Shown piece after piece: positions 17,750-28,043 of a DNA stretch of 64,000 nucleotides. The notes beneath the pieces were generated by a model. The model saw only the letters and a program-made list of their open reading frames with translations. It was not told the origin of the DNA and searched no databases. Position numbers and translations under genes: made by a program. The first letter of the stretch is position 1. Each line of letters opens with the position of its first letter. This DNA is from an uncultured Mollicutes bacterium (GTDB lineage: Bacteria > Bacillota_I > Bacilli_A > RFN20 > CAG-826): positions 38,477-102,476 of the forward strand of contig UQXJ01000001.1 of assembly GCA_900545015.1 (NCBI GenBank), in the 5' to 3' direction.

Positions 17750-18724
17750 TTATTTTAATAAAGAATTAAATTTTTTTATATCTTCAGTATTAAAAGAAAC
17801 ACTATTTGGCACAACACCAAAACCATTTTTCTTGCTATTTTCACCTTGAACTTTACTAAGCAATTCAAGAGTAAATCCAAAAGTGTTTGTAAAACTTTGG
17901 CTTGTGTATTTGCTAGAAAAGCATTTTAATGTTGAATCAAAGTTATTAAATAAATTATCAATTGATGTTTTATAAGTATTCATGACACTTTTATACGATG
18001 AATTATTTTTTTCTTTAAAATCCTTATTAACAAAAAGGGCAGCTTGGCAAATATAATGTTTATCCCATTTACCATTGTATTTTGTATAAAACTTTTCTTG
18101 CAAATTAATAATTGTATAGTTTAACTTTTTTTTAGCAAATGCATTAGTTAATTTAGATAGTGCAGGCTCTGCAACAACAGCCCAATCAATAATTTTTCCT
18201 GAAACTTTATAGTTATTATCTATAGTCGAAAGTACAGTAGCTAAATCTGCTATTGAATTTGCATTATAATCAAATTTAGCTTTAGTGTCATAAATACTTT
18301 TAAAAAGCATTCCTGGTGTTGATGCTTCCATAAAGCCATAAACAGTGTCATCTTTTTGAACTTCCTCATTGTTTTTATTAAAACCAACTAAATAAAAATT
18401 ACCACCGGTTAGCATTTTCGCAAATTCATATTTAGCATTTTCACCTTGATTATCAAGAATCTTTTGTGCTTTTGTAGAATCAAAAACTATAAAAGGATAT
18501 TCACCTTTTGAAAATTCAGCAGGTATTACAGTTGGATCTGACACTACATCAGCTAAATTGTTTTCGATAAAGCTATATGAAGGTAATGTAGGTGCTCCAG
18601 AAGGCAATAAAATTTTAACCTTTGCTTCTTCTTGTTTGCTTATTGTTTGACAAGATGTAGAAAAAACTGTCGAAAAAACAAACGCGCTTAAAAAAAGCTT
18701 TTTTACTAAAACTGACTTTATCAT
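17750..18724 (-). CDS. ABC transporter substrate-binding lipoprotein
   Basis: Signal peptide with lipobox FSTS-C; size 324 aa; immediately upstream of permease. Confidence 0.65.
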   Translation of the reverse strand: MIKSVLVKKLFLSAFVFSTVFSTSCQTISKQEEAKVKILLPSGAPTLPSYSFIENNLADVVSDPTVIPAEFSKGEYPFIVFDSTKAQKILDNQGENAKYEFAKMLTGGNFYLVGFNKNNEEVQKDDTVYGFMEASTPGMLFKSIYDTKAKFDYNANSIADLATVLSTIDNNYKVSGKIIDWAVVAEPALSKLTNAFAKKKLNYTIINLQEKFYTKYNGKWDKHYICQAALFVNKDFKEKNNSSYKSVMNTYKTSIDNLFNNFDSTLKCFSSKYTSQSFTNTFGFTLELLSKVQGENSKKNGFGVVPNSVSFNTEDIKKFNSLLK

Positions 18725-18727
18725 ATT

Positions 18728-19948
18728 TTATTTTAAGATTTCTTCAATTGGTTTTCCAATCATTCCAGCTTTGCTTTTTAAGCCAAAGTTTTCTAAGATT
18801 GTTGCACCAATATCGGCAAAGGAATCTCTATCTCCTAAATATCTACCATCATTTATTGATTTAGAATAAACAATTAGAGGCACTTTTTCTCTTGTATGGT
18901 CAGTTCCAGCCCAAGTAGGATCATTCCCATGGTCAGCCGTTACCATTACTAAATCATCGTTTCTCAAATTATTTACAAATTCTTTAAATTGTTTATCAAA
19001 ATCTTCAATTGCCTTGCCATAGCCAATAGTGTTTCTTCTATGGCCAAATTCGCTATCAAATTCTACTAAGTTAACAAAGCAAAGACCTTCTTTGAATTCA
19101 TCATGTTTTGCAATTTCAATAGTTTTATTCATTCCATCTTCATTTGATGAAGTATGAACAGTTTCTGTAACGCCTACACCATTAAAGATATCATTAATTT
19201 TGCCAACGCAGCTAACTTGAAAACCGTTTTCTTTTAAAATATCCATTGCAGTTGTTCCGCTTGGCGATACTGCGTAATCATGTCTATTTGAAGTTCTCTT
19301 AAATGAATCTTTATCTTCTCCGATATATGGACGTGCAATTACTCTTCCAACAAACCATTCAGGTCTCATACAAAGTTTTCTTGCAATTTCACAGCATCTA
19401 TAAAGTTCTTTTAATCCAAGATATTTCTCGTGTCCACAAATTTGTAAAACAGAGTCACTACTTGTATAAACAATTAAACTATTTGTTTTAATTTGCTCTT
19501 CACCTAATTCTTTTAAAATTTCAGTTCCACTAGCTGCTTTGTTTCCGATGATTTTATAACCAGTTTCTTTTTCAAGCTCATCAATTAATTCTTTAGGGAA
19601 TCCTGTATCAGTAAACGTTTGGAAAGGTTTAGTAGTTAAAACTCCCATCATTTCCCAATGGCCAGTCATTGTATCTTTACCATTGCTGGATTCGTTTAAT
19701 TTAATAGAAAAACTATTTTTATGCTCTGAAACAGGTTCAACACCTTTAATTTCATCTAAATCGCCCATTCCCATAGATTTTAATGTAGGTGCATCTATTC
19801 CGTTAGGCATATTTTCAGAAATGTGTTTCCATGTATTAGCTCCAACATCGCTCACATTCCCAACTTGATGGAATTTGTCTGCATCTTTTGCATGTCCAAT
19901 TCCTGCGCTATCCATTACAATAACGAATATTCTTTTAAATTTTCTCAT
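18728..19948 (-). CDS. deoB: Phosphopentomutase
   Basis: VMDSAGIG N-terminus, TADHGNDPT motif, about 400 aa; follows xerD as in B. subtilis xerD-drm. Confidence 0.9.
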   Translation of the reverse strand: MRKFKRIFVIVMDSAGIGHAKDADKFHQVGNVSDVGANTWKHISENMPNGIDAPTLKSMGMGDLDEIKGVEPVSEHKNSFSIKLNESSNGKDTMTGHWEMMGVLTTKPFQTFTDTGFPKELIDELEKETGYKIIGNKAASGTEILKELGEEQIKTNSLIVYTSSDSVLQICGHEKYLGLKELYRCCEIARKLCMRPEWFVGRVIARPYIGEDKDSFKRTSNRHDYAVSPSGTTAMDILKENGFQVSCVGKINDIFNGVGVTETVHTSSNEDGMNKTIEIAKHDEFKEGLCFVNLVEFDSEFGHRRNTIGYGKAIEDFDKQFKEFVNNLRNDDLVMVTADHGNDPTWAGTDHTREKVPLIVYSKSINDGRYLGDRDSFADIGATILENFGLKSKAGMIGKPIEEILK

Positions 19949-19974
19949 AACATATTTCCTTTATAACATAATGA

Positions 19975-20862
19975 TTATAAATCATTTTCATCCCAAAACA
20001 AATCATATACGCTTGTTATTTTTTCGTTCGTGACATGTGTATATATTTGTGTTGTTTCTAGATTTGCATGACCTAATAGTTCCTGAACAACTCTAATACT
20101 TGCATCGTGATTTAACAAATGTGTTGCAAATGAATGCCTTAGTGTATGAGGAGACACATTTTTATGTATATTTGTTAATTTTAAATACTCTTGTATTTTT
20201 ATAAATAAATACTGCCTAGTAAATTTCCTTCCTCTAAAATTAAGAAAAACATAATCTTTATCAATAACTTTGTTCACATTTCTAACATTCTTAATATAGT
20301 TTAGAACTATTTCTATCGCTTCATCACTAATAGGAATCAGCCTTTCTTTCAATCCTTTGCCAAGAACACTAATAGTTTTCTCACTAAACTTCAAATCACT
20401 CATCTTTAGATTAACTAATTCACTAATTCTGATTCCACAATAATAAAGCACTGAAAGCATTGCTTTATCTCTTATTCCAACATCTGTATTTACATCTGGA
20501 GCGCACAAAAGTTCTTGTACCTCATTGTCAGTTAAAAATTCTGGAAGCTTTTTATCGACCTTAGGAATAGATATTTTCTGCTTTATTGAGCTATCAACAT
20601 AGCCTTCACATTTAAGAAAATTATAAAAACTATTCAATGTTACTATGCGTCGCCTTATAGATGTGCTTTTTAAATTGTTTTTGGCTTGATAAATCTGAAA
20701 ATCGATAATATCCGTGCCTTTTAAATCATTAACATCATTGACATCTATAAAGTTAGCAAATAGTCTCAAGTCTTCTTTATAATCAAGTATACTTATTTGA
20801 GTTAATCCTTTTTCAACACTACAAAATTGTAGAAAAAGATTAATAGCATCATTTATTTCCAT
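19975..20862 (-). CDS. xerD: Tyrosine recombinase XerD
   Basis: HTLRHSFATHLL...LLGHANLETTQIYTHV C-terminal catalytic motifs; synteny with deoB. Confidence 0.8.
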   Translation of the reverse strand: MEINDAINLFLQFCSVEKGLTQISILDYKEDLRLFANFIDVNDVNDLKGTDIIDFQIYQAKNNLKSTSIRRRIVTLNSFYNFLKCEGYVDSSIKQKISIPKVDKKLPEFLTDNEVQELLCAPDVNTDVGIRDKAMLSVLYYCGIRISELVNLKMSDLKFSEKTISVLGKGLKERLIPISDEAIEIVLNYIKNVRNVNKVIDKDYVFLNFRGRKFTRQYLFIKIQEYLKLTNIHKNVSPHTLRHSFATHLLNHDASIRVVQELLGHANLETTQIYTHVTNEKITSVYDLFWDENDL

Positions 20863-22060
20863 ATTTTTTATCCTTTAAATCACTCAGCCTAATGAAAATA
20901 TCTTTATTAGCTTCTCTATTTAAACGATTTATTAAAAGGCCCACTTTATTATCGCTTTCATGCTTTTCATAATTATCAAAAGTCATTTGTATGCTTACAT
21001 TATGCTTAGATTTTAAATTCTTAAGTGTACAGCCAATTAGTCTAATTTCTTCACCTTTATATGAATCATCAAACACTTTTAATGCTACCTTTTTAATTAA
21101 ATTTACGTCATCAGTATATTCACCAAGTGTTTTGCAGATCGTTGATTGGCGGAAATTGGTGTCGTAGTTAGCACTTTTATACGTTATTTGTACTGTCTTT
21201 GTTAGCATGTCTTTCTTTTTGAAGTCAAAAAGCAAATTATCAATAATATTTTCGAAAAATTGTTTTATTACAATCTTGTCATTTGTATCATAATTCATTG
21301 TTCTAGTCATGCCTAAAGACTTAGGATCATCAAAATTTGTGTGCACTATATTAGAACTTCTACCTTCTAGTTGTGAAATAATGTCAAATTTAAAATCTCC
21401 AAAGAATGTATTTAGTTTTTCATCATTATTTTTTAGTCCAAAATAAAGATCTCCAATCGTTTTATATCCAGCTCTTTCAAGTTTAGGATATGTTTTTTTG
21501 CCTATACCAAAAAATGAGGATATAGGTAAAGGAAAGATAATGTTTTCAATATCTTTATTTCGAATAACTGTTATTCCCATCGGTTTTTTAATATCAGAAC
21601 CCATTTTTGCTAAAAATTTAGTCGTTGCTACCCCAATAGAGCAATAAAGACCTGTAGTTTGAGCTAAATCTTCTTGAAAATTGGTAAGCCACCCAACAAC
21701 ATCGGAAATTCTTTTCTTTTTTACAACATCAGTAACATCACAAAAGCATTCATCAATAGACATTTGTTCAACTTTATTTGTTAAGCTATTAACTTTATGA
21801 AAAAATTCTTTAGACATCAATTCATAAAATTTAAAATCGCACTCTTTTACAATTAATTCTTTACTTAGCATTTTAGCTTGGAACATCGGCATTCCTGAAT
21901 GAATACCGTATTTCCTTGCTTCATAAGAGCATGTTGAAACAATACCTCGTCTACCATCTCCACCTACAGCAACGGGCTTACCTACGAGTGAATTATCTTT
22001 CAATTCTTCACATCTAACAAAAAATTTATTTAGATCAATATGAAGTATTATTTTCGCCAT
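20849..22060 (-). CDS. dinB: DNA polymerase IV (Y-family)
   Basis: IDLNKFF...SIDECF palm motifs, 403 aa. Confidence 0.9.
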   Translation of the reverse strand: MAKIILHIDLNKFFVRCEELKDNSLVGKPVAVGGDGRRGIVSTCSYEARKYGIHSGMPMFQAKMLSKELIVKECDFKFYELMSKEFFHKVNSLTNKVEQMSIDECFCDVTDVVKKKRISDVVGWLTNFQEDLAQTTGLYCSIGVATTKFLAKMGSDIKKPMGITVIRNKDIENIIFPLPISSFFGIGKKTYPKLERAGYKTIGDLYFGLKNNDEKLNTFFGDFKFDIISQLEGRSSNIVHTNFDDPKSLGMTRTMNYDTNDKIVIKQFFENIIDNLLFDFKKKDMLTKTVQITYKSANYDTNFRQSTICKTLGEYTDDVNLIKKVALKVFDDSYKGEEIRLIGCTLKNLKSKHNVSIQMTFDNYEKHESDNKVGLLINRLNREANKDIFIRLSDLKDKKYGNK

Positions 22061-22113
22061 ATACTTAATAAGTACTATTTTAATACTAATTATATACTAA
22101 TTATCTACTAATT
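22061..22113. repeat. Tandem 11-bp repeat array filling the whole xseB-dinB intergenic region (AAGTACTATTT TAATACTAATT ATATACTAATT ATCTACTAATT)
   Basis: Seen directly. Confidence 0.65.
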
Positions 22114-22308
22114 TTAGTTATTATCGATTTTATTAATTTTTTCTTTAGCCTTATTAATTTCATCTTCGAGTTCAGAAATCAACTTTTGACCTTCTTCATA
22201 TAATTTAAGATTTTCTTCAAGTGAACTATTACTATCGCTCATTGTGCGAACAATTTCATCGAGTCTCATCATTTTTTCTTCAAATGTTTTTGGTTCTACT
22301 TTACTCAT
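22114..22308 (-). CDS. xseB: Exodeoxyribonuclease VII small subunit
   Basis: 64 aa, helical, EEKMMRLDEIV...LEENLKLYEEG signature. Confidence 0.85.
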   Translation of the reverse strand: MSKVEPKTFEEKMMRLDEIVRTMSDSNSSLEENLKLYEEGQKLISELEDEINKAKEKINKIDNN

Positions 22309-23509
22309 TTTTAATCTCCTTAACTTGTGCTTTAATGGTTTTGTTTAAAGTTCTTATATTTACGATATTTTCTTCTTTTATCATGTCTTCGTTTATAGGT
22401 TTCATATTAACATCAAGCAAAATTGAATATCCCTTTTTCAAAATGCTATATGGATTTAAATTGCCTAGATTATTTTTATAGGAAGAAACTTTTTCTGAAT
22501 AAATATCAATTTTAGAATTAATAAATGAATTAAAAATTTTTGAGTAATGCTTAAGCCTCTCATCTACAACACCAAATATATTTTCAATATTCTTAAAATA
22601 TTTTGATGTTTTATATACTTTAATTCTTACCTCTTCTTGATTAATTCGAGATCTAATTAGTGTTTTAGCATAACAATCAATTTGATGCAAATCAGTTAAA
22701 ATCTCATCAATAGACGGCACAGCAATTTCACATGCGCCCGTAGGTGTTGAAACATATTTATCTGCAGCTAAATCTACAAACGTTTGATTAATCTCGTGAC
22801 CGATTGCAGAAATTATAGGGATTTCACATTCATATACTTCTTTTACTAGTTTTTCATCATCAAATGCAGATAAATCTTCAACAGATCCGCCACCACGACC
22901 AATAATTATTAAGTCAGGTTTAATAGTTGATGCTTTTTTAATACATTCAATTAAATTTTTTGGAGCATTCTCACCTTGAACAATTGCATCGTAATGAATA
23001 ATTTTGACTAAAGGAAATCTTCTTAATAAATTATATTCAAAGTCCATGGCTGCAGCACTATTTTTTCCAGTAATAACTGCAATTGTATTAGGATATCTAG
23101 GAAGACTTTTTTTATGTTCTGAATTGAAGTAGCCTTCTGAAAAAAGTTTATTCTTTAATTGTTCTCTTTTAAGAAGCTGCTCTCCTTTACCAAAAAGCAT
23201 TATTTTTTTACATATAAGTTGGTAAGTTCCATTCACGGGATACGAAGAAATATTGCCAACAGCAATAACCTCATCTCCATTTTTAGGAATAAAATCAATA
23301 CCAAAAGAATCAAACTTAAATAATACAGTTGAAATTGATGACTTTTCATCTTTTAAAGCAAAATAAAAGTGCCCACTTTTGTTTGCACCTTTAAAATTTG
23401 ATATTTCGCCTTTTATAGCAATATTTTTTAATGTTATTGTGTTATCAAATAATACTTTGATATATTCGTTGACTTGACTTACTTTATAAAACGTTAGTTC
23501 TTGTTTCAT
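22301..23509 (-). CDS. xseA: Exodeoxyribonuclease VII large subunit
   Basis: OB-fold N-terminus, IIGRGGGSVEDL motif, 402 aa. Confidence 0.9.
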   Translation of the reverse strand: MKQELTFYKVSQVNEYIKVLFDNTITLKNIAIKGEISNFKGANKSGHFYFALKDEKSSISTVLFKFDSFGIDFIPKNGDEVIAVGNISSYPVNGTYQLICKKIMLFGKGEQLLKREQLKNKLFSEGYFNSEHKKSLPRYPNTIAVITGKNSAAAMDFEYNLLRRFPLVKIIHYDAIVQGENAPKNLIECIKKASTIKPDLIIIGRGGGSVEDLSAFDDEKLVKEVYECEIPIISAIGHEINQTFVDLAADKYVSTPTGACEIAVPSIDEILTDLHQIDCYAKTLIRSRINQEEVRIKVYKTSKYFKNIENIFGVVDERLKHYSKIFNSFINSKIDIYSEKVSSYKNNLGNLNPYSILKKGYSILLDVNMKPINEDMIKEENIVNIRTLNKTIKAQVKEIKNE

Positions 23510-23927
23510 TTAAGCAATTTTCCAATACGGCGTTAACAAATTTGTAATCTTTTTCTCCGCCATCGCCATAACGTTTAGCTAATTTAACAGCATTGTTGAT
23601 AATTACAGCTTTGTCAATTTTTTCATCAATTAAATAATATTCACATACAGCAAGTATAAGAATTGATTGAATTGTGCTATTTAATCTACGAAATTCCCAA
23701 TTTCTTAAGAATTTTTGAACATATGCTATAATTTTAGATTCATTTTTTAAAGCTTTAAGCAATACTTCTTTAAGATAAACATCACATTCTTCGTATGGAA
23801 GATTGCATATGCTGGATAATGTTTCTTCAAAATTAATTGCTACATTAGACTCTTGAAGAAGCAAAAAAGAATACATTGCTTGTACTGCAAGTTCTTGAAG
23901 TTTATTACGTGAAATTTCTACTTCCAT
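23484..23927 (-). CDS. nusB: Transcription antitermination factor NusB
   Basis: All-helical, about 147 aa, AVQAMYSFLL... pattern; synteny asp23-nusB-xseAB. Confidence 0.8.
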   Translation of the reverse strand: MEVEISRNKLQELAVQAMYSFLLLQESNVAINFEETLSSICNLPYEECDVYLKEVLLKALKNESKIIAYVQKFLRNWEFRRLNSTIQSILILAVCEYYLIDEKIDKAVIINNAVKLAKRYGDGGEKDYKFVNAVLENCLNETRTNVL

Positions 23928-23930
23928 AAA

Positions 23931-24254
23931 TTACAAAGATAAGTCCCTTTCACTAACTTTAACATTTATTTGAGCAGGAATGCCATCACAAATTAAAAGC
24001 AAATTATTTGATACATTTTCTTCAATTTTATCTTTAATTGTTTGTAAATTAATACCCTTTTTAACTGTTACACTAATTTTATAGAAAATTGTGTTGTTTT
24101 TTATAGAAACAGCTACTTGCTCATTTAAATTCTTTTTATTAATTTCTCTAATTTTGCTTATAGCTTTAATACCAGCAAATTTAAAAACATTTGCTGATAT
24201 TCCAAGCTTTCCGCCATTAGACCCATAATTTTCTAATAATACATATTTATTCAT
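23931..24254 (-). CDS. Asp23/Gls24 family envelope stress protein (YqhY-like)
   Basis: 107 aa, position upstream of nusB as B. subtilis yqhY. Confidence 0.7.
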   Translation of the reverse strand: MNKYVLLENYGSNGGKLGISANVFKFAGIKAISKIREINKKNLNEQVAVSIKNNTIFYKISVTVKKGINLQTIKDKIEENVSNNLLLICDGIPAQINVKVSERDLSL

Positions 24255-24270
24255 ATAATTGACCTATAGT

Positions 24271-26256
24271 TTAGAGATGGCTCTTAACAATGCTAGTAAT
24301 ATTTTCAGTTGTAAATCCAAATTCATTTACAACATCTTTAGCGTTGCCGCTTAAGCCGAATTCATTTACACCGATAACGTATTTTGCATATTTATGTAAA
24401 CCAAAAGTTGTACCCATTTCGATGAACATTCTGTTATTATAATCATTACCTAATATAGAATTTTTATAATCTGTATCTTGTAAGTCAAATAATCTTGTAC
24501 AAAGCATTGAAACAACTCTAATGCTATATCCTTCTTCTTCTAATACTTCTTTTACACCCATAGCAAGAGAAACTTCTGAGCCAGTTGCTACTAATGTAAA
24601 ATCAATTCTCTTTTTGCTTTCTTTTCCAACGACATAAGCACCTTTTTTGGAAAGTTCATATGTATCAGAATTGTCTAATAAAGGCAAATCTTGTCTTGAT
24701 AAGATAATTGCACTAGGAGTTTCTTTACTTTCAAGAGCGATTTTATAAGCAGCAAATGTTTCTCTAGCATCAGCTGGTCTAAAAACATTCACGTTAGGAA
24801 TACATCTAAGCATAGCCATTTGTTCAATTGGTTGATGTGTAGGTCCATCTTCACCAACTTGTAATGAGTCATGGCTGAATAGATAAATTGCAGGTAATTT
24901 TTCAAGAGCACTCATTCTTATTGCAGCTTTGCAGTAATCAGCAAAAACTAAGAAGCAGCCAGCATAAGTTCTTAAGCCACCTTCAAGAAGCATACCATTA
25001 CAAGCACTTTGCATAAAGAATTCACGAATACCAAAATTTATATTTGTGCCGCTTCTATCTTTATAGCTCCATGTTTTACCATTTTTGATAGCAGTTTTAA
25101 CGCTTCCTGCAACATCAGCTGATCCACCAACGAAATTTGGCAATAAGTTATGGAAATAATTTAAAATTTCACCACTAGAATTACGTGTTGAATTATTTTT
25201 CAAGCATTCTTGAGGAATTTTCGCATTTTTAACGATATCGTCAACATCATTAACACTAAATTTTAAAATTTGGGAATATAAAATAGGATTTTTCTTTTGT
25301 AATGTAGAAATATTACTTGAATATTCTTCATAAGCGTTTAATCCACGTTCTGCAAATGTTGATTTGAAATTATCATAAACTTCTTGAGGAATTTCAAAAG
25401 GTGGATAGTTATATCCAAAGAATTCCTTTGTTTTCTTGCCGTCTTCTTCGCCTAATGGAGCACCATGAACTTTACATGTTCCTTGATTTTTAGAACCAAA
25501 GCCAATAATTGTTTTAAATACAACTAAAGTTGGTGCATCTTTGCTCTTTTTAGCTAAAGCGATTGCTTTTTTAATCTTTTTATAGTCATTTCCTTTTTTA
25601 CAATAAACAACATTCCACTTTGCAGCTAAAAATCTATTGATAACATCATCATCGCTTGATTGTCCTAATGGTCCATCAAGTGTAACATCATTTTTATCAT
25701 ATAAAAGGATAAGCTTATTTAATCTATTTAGTCCAGCAAATGAAATAGCTTCTTGAGAAATGCCTTCTTCTAAGCAGCCATCACCACAAAGGCAGTAAGT
25801 ATAGTGATTATAAACATTTTTTCCGTACATTGATTGAAGTTTAGTTTCTGCCATAGCCATACCAACAGCTTGAGCAATACCTTGTCCTAAAGGTCCACTT
25901 CCAGCATCAATTCCATCTGTTACACCATATTCAGGATGGCCTGGAGTTTTACTGTGAAGTTGTCTAAATTCCTTAAGGTCTTCAATTGAAATCTTGTAGC
26001 CACATAAATGAAGTATTGTATAGTAAAGCATACTTCCATGCCCACAACTCATAACAAATCTATCACGGTTAATCCATTTAGATTGATATGGATTTGCAAC
26101 TAAAAAATCTTTAAATAAAGCATAAACAATTGGAGTAGCACTAAGACACATACCTGGATGGCCACTTTTAGCCTTATTAATTCCATCGATGCATGTTGCA
26201 CGTATTGCCGCGATACTTAACTCGTCAATATTTTTGATTGTGTTATTTTTACTCAT
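24271..26256 (-). CDS. tkt: Transketolase
   Basis: GHPG TPP motif, 661 aa three-domain layout. Confidence 0.9.
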   Translation of the reverse strand: MSKNNTIKNIDELSIAAIRATCIDGINKAKSGHPGMCLSATPIVYALFKDFLVANPYQSKWINRDRFVMSCGHGSMLYYTILHLCGYKISIEDLKEFRQLHSKTPGHPEYGVTDGIDAGSGPLGQGIAQAVGMAMAETKLQSMYGKNVYNHYTYCLCGDGCLEEGISQEAISFAGLNRLNKLILLYDKNDVTLDGPLGQSSDDDVINRFLAAKWNVVYCKKGNDYKKIKKAIALAKKSKDAPTLVVFKTIIGFGSKNQGTCKVHGAPLGEEDGKKTKEFFGYNYPPFEIPQEVYDNFKSTFAERGLNAYEEYSSNISTLQKKNPILYSQILKFSVNDVDDIVKNAKIPQECLKNNSTRNSSGEILNYFHNLLPNFVGGSADVAGSVKTAIKNGKTWSYKDRSGTNINFGIREFFMQSACNGMLLEGGLRTYAGCFLVFADYCKAAIRMSALEKLPAIYLFSHDSLQVGEDGPTHQPIEQMAMLRCIPNVNVFRPADARETFAAYKIALESKETPSAIILSRQDLPLLDNSDTYELSKKGAYVVGKESKKRIDFTLVATGSEVSLAMGVKEVLEEEGYSIRVVSMLCTRLFDLQDTDYKNSILGNDYNNRMFIEMGTTFGLHKYAKYVIGVNEFGLSGNAKDVVNEFGFTTENITSIVKSHL

Positions 26257-28023
26257 TTACTTTTCCTCCTTGTTTACACTTATTCCCAAAATTTTAAGTT
26301 GTTTATCATCAATTGGATAAGGAGCGTTTGTAACAGGATCAACAGCTGCAAGGTTCTTAGGGAATGCGATAACATCACGAATATTATCAGTTCCACTTAA
26401 AATCATAGAAACTCTATCAAGTCCTAATGCAAATCCGCCATGTGGAGGTGTTCCGAATTTTAATGAATCAACAAAGAATCCGAATTTTTTAGTAATTTCT
26501 TCTTCAGAAAGTCCTAAAACTTTAAAAATTCTTTCTTGAACATTTTGATCGTAGATTCTTAATGATCCACCACCTGCTTCATATCCATTAATAACTATAT
26601 CATATGCGTAGCTATAAACCTCATAAGGTTTTGTCTCTAATTTATCTAAATCTTCATCACAAGGTCTTGTGAATGGGTGATGACAAGCTACAATTTCACC
26701 AGTTTCTTCGCTTTTTTCAAATAATGGGAAATGAACGACCCATAATAAATCATAAGTATTTGGTTTAATTAATCCGAGTTCTTTAGCTAATGCACTTCTT
26801 AAAGCACCCAATCCAAAATTTACATCTTTAAGAACGTTTCCTGTTGCTAAAATTAAAGCATCACCTTCTTTTAATTCCATTGCACCAATTAATTTATTTT
26901 GAATTTCTTCACTTAAAAATTTAACAATAGATCCTTCAAGAGTACCATTTTCAAATTTAATATAAGCGAATTGTTTCATATTAAATTTAGGAGCAATTAA
27001 ATTGAGACTGTCTTGTTTCTTTCTAGAAAGTACTTTTGCATAATTATCAACTTTAATTCCCTTAACGTATAAATTATCTTGATAAAGTTTAAATTCAGAC
27101 TTAGAAAGAATTTCTTTTAAATCAACTAAATACATTGAAAATCTTGTATCAGGTTTATCAGAACCATATTTATTTACTGCTTCACGATAATCCATTCTTC
27201 TAAGAGGCAATTTAACATCATAGTTAATTACTTTCTTAAAAATATTTGAAACCAAGCGTTCACCTAAAGTTAAAATCTCATCTTGATTTAAAAAACTTGT
27301 CTCAACATCAATTTGTGTAAAATCAGGTTGTCTATCAGCACGTAAATCTTCATCTCTAAAACATCTAGCAACTTGATAATATCTTTCAAATCCAGCAACC
27401 ATTAACATTTGCTTAAAAAGTTGTGGGGATTGAGGCAATGCATAAAAACTTCCATGGTGCACTCTGCTTGGAACAAGATAGTCTCTAGCTCCTTCAGGTG
27501 TAGATGGTGATAAATAAGGTGTTTCGATTTCTATAAAATCATTTGCATCTAAATATTCATGAACCGCTTTTACAATGTTTGCTCTAATTTGGAATCTTTT
27601 TTGCATGCAGTTTCTTCTTAAATCGAGGTATCTATATTTAAGACGAATATCTTCATTAGCATCCGTAACTTCTTGTGTAGAAATAGGAGGTTGTTTTGCT
27701 GTATTAATTACTTTAATTTCACTTGCAACAATTTCAATCTCACCAGTAGGTAAATTAGGATTAGGATTATCCTTTTTAGTTACAATGCCTTTAACTTCAA
27801 GAACATATTCATTTCTGATTTCAGGAATTTCAATTTCATCTGTTTTTGCACAAATTTGAATGTAACCTTCTCTATCTCTTAAATCAATAAATAATAAACT
27901 TCCAAGATTTCTCTTTTTTGAAACCCAGCCTAATACGCTTACTTCTCTACCAACATCTTTAAGTCTAAAATTTCCACAATAATCAGTTCTTGTAAACTTT
28001 TCTTCCATAGCTTCCATTGACAT
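26257..28023 (-). CDS. aspS: Aspartate--tRNA ligase
   Basis: Class II motifs FRDEDLRADRQPDFTQID, GLDRVSMIL, 588 aa. Confidence 0.95.
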   Translation of the reverse strand: MSMEAMEEKFTRTDYCGNFRLKDVGREVSVLGWVSKKRNLGSLLFIDLRDREGYIQICAKTDEIEIPEIRNEYVLEVKGIVTKKDNPNPNLPTGEIEIVASEIKVINTAKQPPISTQEVTDANEDIRLKYRYLDLRRNCMQKRFQIRANIVKAVHEYLDANDFIEIETPYLSPSTPEGARDYLVPSRVHHGSFYALPQSPQLFKQMLMVAGFERYYQVARCFRDEDLRADRQPDFTQIDVETSFLNQDEILTLGERLVSNIFKKVINYDVKLPLRRMDYREAVNKYGSDKPDTRFSMYLVDLKEILSKSEFKLYQDNLYVKGIKVDNYAKVLSRKKQDSLNLIAPKFNMKQFAYIKFENGTLEGSIVKFLSEEIQNKLIGAMELKEGDALILATGNVLKDVNFGLGALRSALAKELGLIKPNTYDLLWVVHFPLFEKSEETGEIVACHHPFTRPCDEDLDKLETKPYEVYSYAYDIVINGYEAGGGSLRIYDQNVQERIFKVLGLSEEEITKKFGFFVDSLKFGTPPHGGFALGLDRVSMILSGTDNIRDVIAFPKNLAAVDPVTNAPYPIDDKQLKILGISVNKEEK

Positions 28024-28043
28024 ATTTAATTTCCTACTCTTTC

